NCBI GenBank assembly: GCA_963717145.1
Contig: OY970325.1
Location: 2,976,001 to 3,040,000 of the forward strand
Source: an uncultured Armatimonadetes bacterium
GTDB taxonomy: Bacteria > Armatimonadota > UBA5829 > DTJY01
DNA length: 64,000 nucleotides
Direction of reading: 5' to 3'
The notes beneath the pieces were generated by a model. It ran no database searches, was not told the DNA's origin, and saw only the letters and a list, made by a program, of their open reading frames with translations. Every line of letters starts with the position of its first letter. Position 1 is the first letter of the stretch. The position numbers and the translations under genes are program-made. This document shows positions 59,656 to 64,000 of the stretch, one piece after another.

Positions 59656-62600
59656 CTACCTGGCCAGATGTCTTGGGCTGGGCGTCTCCAGCGGTTCCAG
59701 GCTTTGGATCACGCCGGCCAATTGCTCCAAGATGATGATATCGTCTTGTGTCCTTGGCAACAGGACATTCACGAGATTGCCCTGATAGAACTCACAGCTC
59801 GAGATGCCGGTTACGGAGACGAGAGAACCTCTGGATGGGACCAGGAGGCCCGGCGCTTCGACGTAGACGCCGATCGTTCCGGTGCCATCCTGCACTCCCG
59901 AGCCGTCGTCTAGGTAGAACCAGTCCTGCCTTCCGCAGGCAGTCACCCTGCCCCACACTCTGGTCAGCAGACCGACGTTGTTGGACCCGAATGATCCGAA
60001 GATCCCCTGCTGTCCTGTGCCGGTTGCGGGGTCGAATTGCCAGTCACCTCCGCCGAGCGTTTTGTGGGTCATGCCAACGGGGCCGATGCTGCCAATGCCG
60101 GTACGCATGATGAAGTTCGGGACCAGGCACTTCTCGCCGTTGGAATCCACCATCGTGAGGCCACTCACGAAGGCCGTATCGCCGACTTGGAGCAACGAAT
60201 CGCTCGACTCCACCCGGATCCCCGAGGATCGGTCCTTCGCTTCGAGATAGAAGCAGTCGTCGAAAGCCGCGGTGACGATGGCGTCTTCGACATTCAGGGG
60301 CGTCCCGGACGTGGCGGATTTCGCGCCGGATACCGAGATGAATTGCCTGGTGACAGCCTGCTCGGTCCCGCCGAACGCGCCCATGTCGATCCGGCTTCCG
60401 TCCGGGTCCTGCATCGTGGGATCGCCTGTATCGATGCAGGGGCTCGTGAAGCCCAGATGGAAGTCACCGTTCGCCGCATCGACAAACTGAGGGTCGAGGC
60501 TCAGGCTGTTCGCATCGCGACCAGTCGCCGCTTGCCAAGCGGATAGAGTCGGGTAGTTGACGTTCTGCAACTGGCCGACGTAGGCGCCGTTGGTCACGGA
60601 AAAGTCGTTGTAGTCAGAGAGGTTGAACCCAACCCACGAAAGCACTCCGAAGCTGTCCGGGCCGTCGGCACAGATGATGTTGTTCAGGAGGGTGGTGTTT
60701 GTGTTCCATAGGGTCCGGACTCCTCTGCGGTTGCCTGCGACCGTGCAGTTGCGCACTGTCACGTTGCGGGACTCGATCGTGATACCCGTGCCGTCATACT
60801 CATCCGTCGCATTTGCGGCTATGCAGTTCTCCAGCCGAGCGCTCTCGGCTGCAATTGAGAACCCTGAATAACGGTTGCCGTCCGCCTCACATCGGCTCAG
60901 CGCGCAACCCGTGCCATAGACTCGTATCCCGGTAGCAGCACCGGTTACCTTCATCCACCGCTGAGCCACGCCGGGATACCTGTCGCTCGTCGCGGTCGCC
61001 AGTGTCACAAAGCCCCCGTCGATCTGCCAGACTATCGACTCCCACGACTCCTCGCCATTCCGGCTCAGGATGACTCCATACGGCGACGCCTCGAAGGTCA
61101 CTGGGGATGTATCCGATCCCTGGTCGGCATCGGACACTACTATGTTGGCGCTCAGGAGGTAGGTCCCCGTGTCGATACGGACCGTGTCGCCCGGCTCGAG
61201 GTCATATGAGTCGAGAATCGCCTGCACGCTTGCCTTCGGATGATCCGGATCGGCCCCATGGTTCGAGTCATCGCCGGGAGCCGTACACCATTCGTCGGTC
61301 GTCGTCGAGACATCGTTGACGTAGAAGAGAATATCCTCTCCCAGCCGGAACTCGAGCGGACTGGCCGCAGATACGCTCTCATCCTGGACACAGATCACGG
61401 CCACACGGTATCGAGCACCGGGAGTCAACCCGCTGATGTCCCAGTCGTAGTCGCCCGAGGCGGGGTTAGCCGTGCCGGGGACATCCGTCCATGTGGACCC
61501 GCTGTCTGAGGAGTATGCGAACCGCACGGTGTCTCCCGCCTGCCAGCCGGTTCCCACTGACGTCCAGCGAACCTTCACCGGGACCGACAGGTCGAGGAAG
61601 TTCTCACCGCCGATCGGTGCATACACCCACAACTCCCGGCCCGCAGGGGTCGGTGACGACTGCTCCGTGCCGCCGTAAGCGCCCATGTCGATCCGGCTTC
61701 CGTCCGGATCCTGCATGGTCGGGTCGCCGGTGTCGATACACGGGCTCGTCGGCCCCAGGTGGAAGTCACCATTCGCCGGGTCAACGAACTGAGGATCGAG
61801 GCTCAGGCTGTTGGCATCGAACCCGGAGGTCAGTCGCCAGTTGTTCAGTGTCCGGCAGTTCACCTCATTGAACCGGCCGAGGTATGCTCCATTCGTGGCA
61901 TACACGTCGTTGTAGTCGCATGCGGTCACCGAACACCAGTTGACAACCAACCCATACTTGTCCTGGCCGTCCGCGCAGATCACGTTGTTCAGCAGACTCA
62001 CAGTCGCCACGTACGCGCTAAGGCCGGTTCTGCCACTGCCGGAGACAGTACAATTCCGAACGGTCACGCTGCCGTATAGGACGGCAATGCCTGTGCCGCT
62101 ATCTGAGTCCGTTGTGTTCGCGGCCACACAGCTCTCCAACAGGCAGTCCTGCGCCTCGATGTGGAACCCGGTGTACTCGTTGCCGTTCGCCTCAAGCCGA
62201 CTCAACTTGCAGCCCTCGCCATACACCATGACCGCGTGGAAGGCGCCCGTTATACGCATCCATCGCTGAGGAATGGCAGGATATTTCGAACTCTCAGCAG
62301 TCGTCAGGGTCACATAGCTGCCCTCGATGAGCCACCCGGCTCCTCCCTCGGTGCTGCCCCGGTCGATAGTCACCCCATACGGCGACGCCTCAAATGTGAC
62401 CTGAGCCTCCGCCGATCCCTGGTCGGCCATGGACACCGCGATGTCGGCGCTCAGATCGTAGGTACCTGTGTCGATACGGACAGCGTCGCCCGGTTCGAGG
62501 TCATAGGTGTTGAGGATCGCCTGCACGCTTGCCTTCGGGTGATCCGGATCCGTCCCGTGGTTCGAGTCATCGCCGGGGACCGTACACCATTCGTCGGTCG

Positions 62601-64000
62601 TCGTCGAGGAATCGTTCACGTAGAAGCGAATGTCCCTCCCCAAGCGGAAGTCGAATGGACTGGCGGCCGACAAGCTTTCGTCTTGGACGCAGATCACGGC
62701 CACATGGTAACGCGCGCCGGGAGTCAACCCGCTGATGTCCCAGTCGTAGGTCCCCAGGGCGGCTTCGGCCGTGCCGGGGATATCCGTCCACGTGGCCCCA
62801 CTGTCCGCCGAATATGCGAAGCGCACGGTGTCTCCGGGCTGCCAGCCCGATCCAGGAGCGGTCCAGCGGATGGTGACAGGAACTGCCTGGTCGAGGAAGT
62901 TCTCACCGCCGATCGGCGCATACAACCACAACGCCCGGCCCGCAGGGGTCGGTGATGACTGCTCCGTCCCGCCGTAAGCGCCCAGGTCGATCCGGCTTCC
63001 GTCCGGATCCTGCATCGTCGGATCGCCGGTGTCGATACACGGGCTCGTCGGCGCCAGGTGGAAGTCACCGTTCGCCGGGTCAACGAACTGAGGGTGGAGG
63101 CTCAGGCTGTGGGCGTCGAACCCGGAGGCCGGACGCCAACTGTTCAGAGTCGGGCAGTTCGTACCATTGAACTCGCAGACGTAAGCTCCATTCACGGCAT
63201 ACAGGTCGTTGTAGTCACAGACATTCACTGAACACCAGCGAACCAGCAACGCGTGGTCATCCTGGCCATCCGCGCAGATGATGTTGTTCTCAAGGGTGAC
63301 AGTTGCATAAAACAGGCTTAGACCGGCCCTGCCGTTGCTGGAGATCGTGCAGTTGCGAACCGTCACGGAACCATTGTAGGCGTCGATGCCTGTGCCGTGG
63401 TCGTCATGTGCGTTGTTCGAGGCCACGCAGTTCTCGATCAAGGTGTCGTTAGCGTTGAGGGAAAAACCTGCATAGAGGTTGCCGTCTGCTACGCATCGCC
63501 TGAACGCGCATCCCGAGCCGAGGACATAGACGCCATAGTCAGCGCCGGTTATTCGCATCCATCGCTCCGCGAGGCCGGGGTATTTGTCCACCGCCGCCGT
63601 GGTAAGGGTCACGTAGCTGCCCTCGATCTTCCAGGCAAAACGATTCGAGGTTCCCCGACTCGGTTGATGGTCACCCCATACGGCGATGCCTCGAAGGTGA
63701 CCGGAGCATCCACCGATCCCTGATCAGCCGTGGACACCACGATGTTGGCGCTCAAGTCGTAAGTCCCGGTGTCAATGCGGACGATATCCCCCGGTTCGAG
63801 GTCATACGTGTTGAGGATCGCCTGCACGCTCGCCTTCGGGTGATCCGGATCCGTCCCGTGGTTCGAGTCGTCGCCGGGCGCGAAGCACCACTCGTCGTTC
63901 ACATTCAGACCATCGTTGACGTAGAAACTCAGGCCACTCCTGATTCGAAAGTCGCCGGGACATGCGGCCAACGCGCTCTCGTCCTGGACGCATATCACCG
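59656..64000 (-). CDS. Very large modular surface protein (5' part outside the window): ~433-aa beta-helix + Ig modules and a C-terminal domain; indel near 63640
   Basis: DLEPGD..IDTGTY recurs at ~1300-nt spacing (61191, 62490, 63791); DPQFVD..GDFHL..SPCIDTGDP; C-terminal FYLE..DRSSGIRVE...NNVGLL.RVWGRVT..DDGSG. Confidence 0.85.

Overview
GC-rich bacterial chromosomal segment, probably from an anaerobe. The secreted proteins resemble those of Armatimonadota, but that placement is inference only. Scattered single-base indels break otherwise intact genes, most densely in 1-6600, which looks like long-read error. In order the window holds: (1) the end of a glutamate-synthase-like gene and an hdrC-hdrB-large hdrA (GltD-fused)-mvhD-metV operon, interrupted by a four-helix-bundle gene bracketed by inverted heptamer tracts; (2) a ~1385-aa nuclease-STAND NTPase protein with 42-aa repeats (Avs/NLR-like); (3) an unknown helical + FN3-like gene with a 21/42-nt periodic array upstream, an architecture repeated at 39-40 kb; (4) a large secreted Ig/beta-helix protein and a TPR protein; (5) two divergent IS66 copies in tandem at one 8-bp target; (6) two apparently identical, inverted IS1182 copies at CTAG stop codons; (7) a type II secretion operon (gspE-F-G-H-I-J-K-L-M-C-D); (8) a small accessory islet, a QueG-like Fe-S protein, a sulfotransferase, osmC, a Tat sulfatase and recQ-PRTase-dprA; (9) five URO-D/MtaA-family genes, a vanadium haloperoxidase and a very large modular beta-helix surface protein. 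About nine families of REP-like palindromes are dispersed through the window. Some sit in frame inside genes and some supply stop codons. No rRNA, tRNA or CRISPR array was seen.
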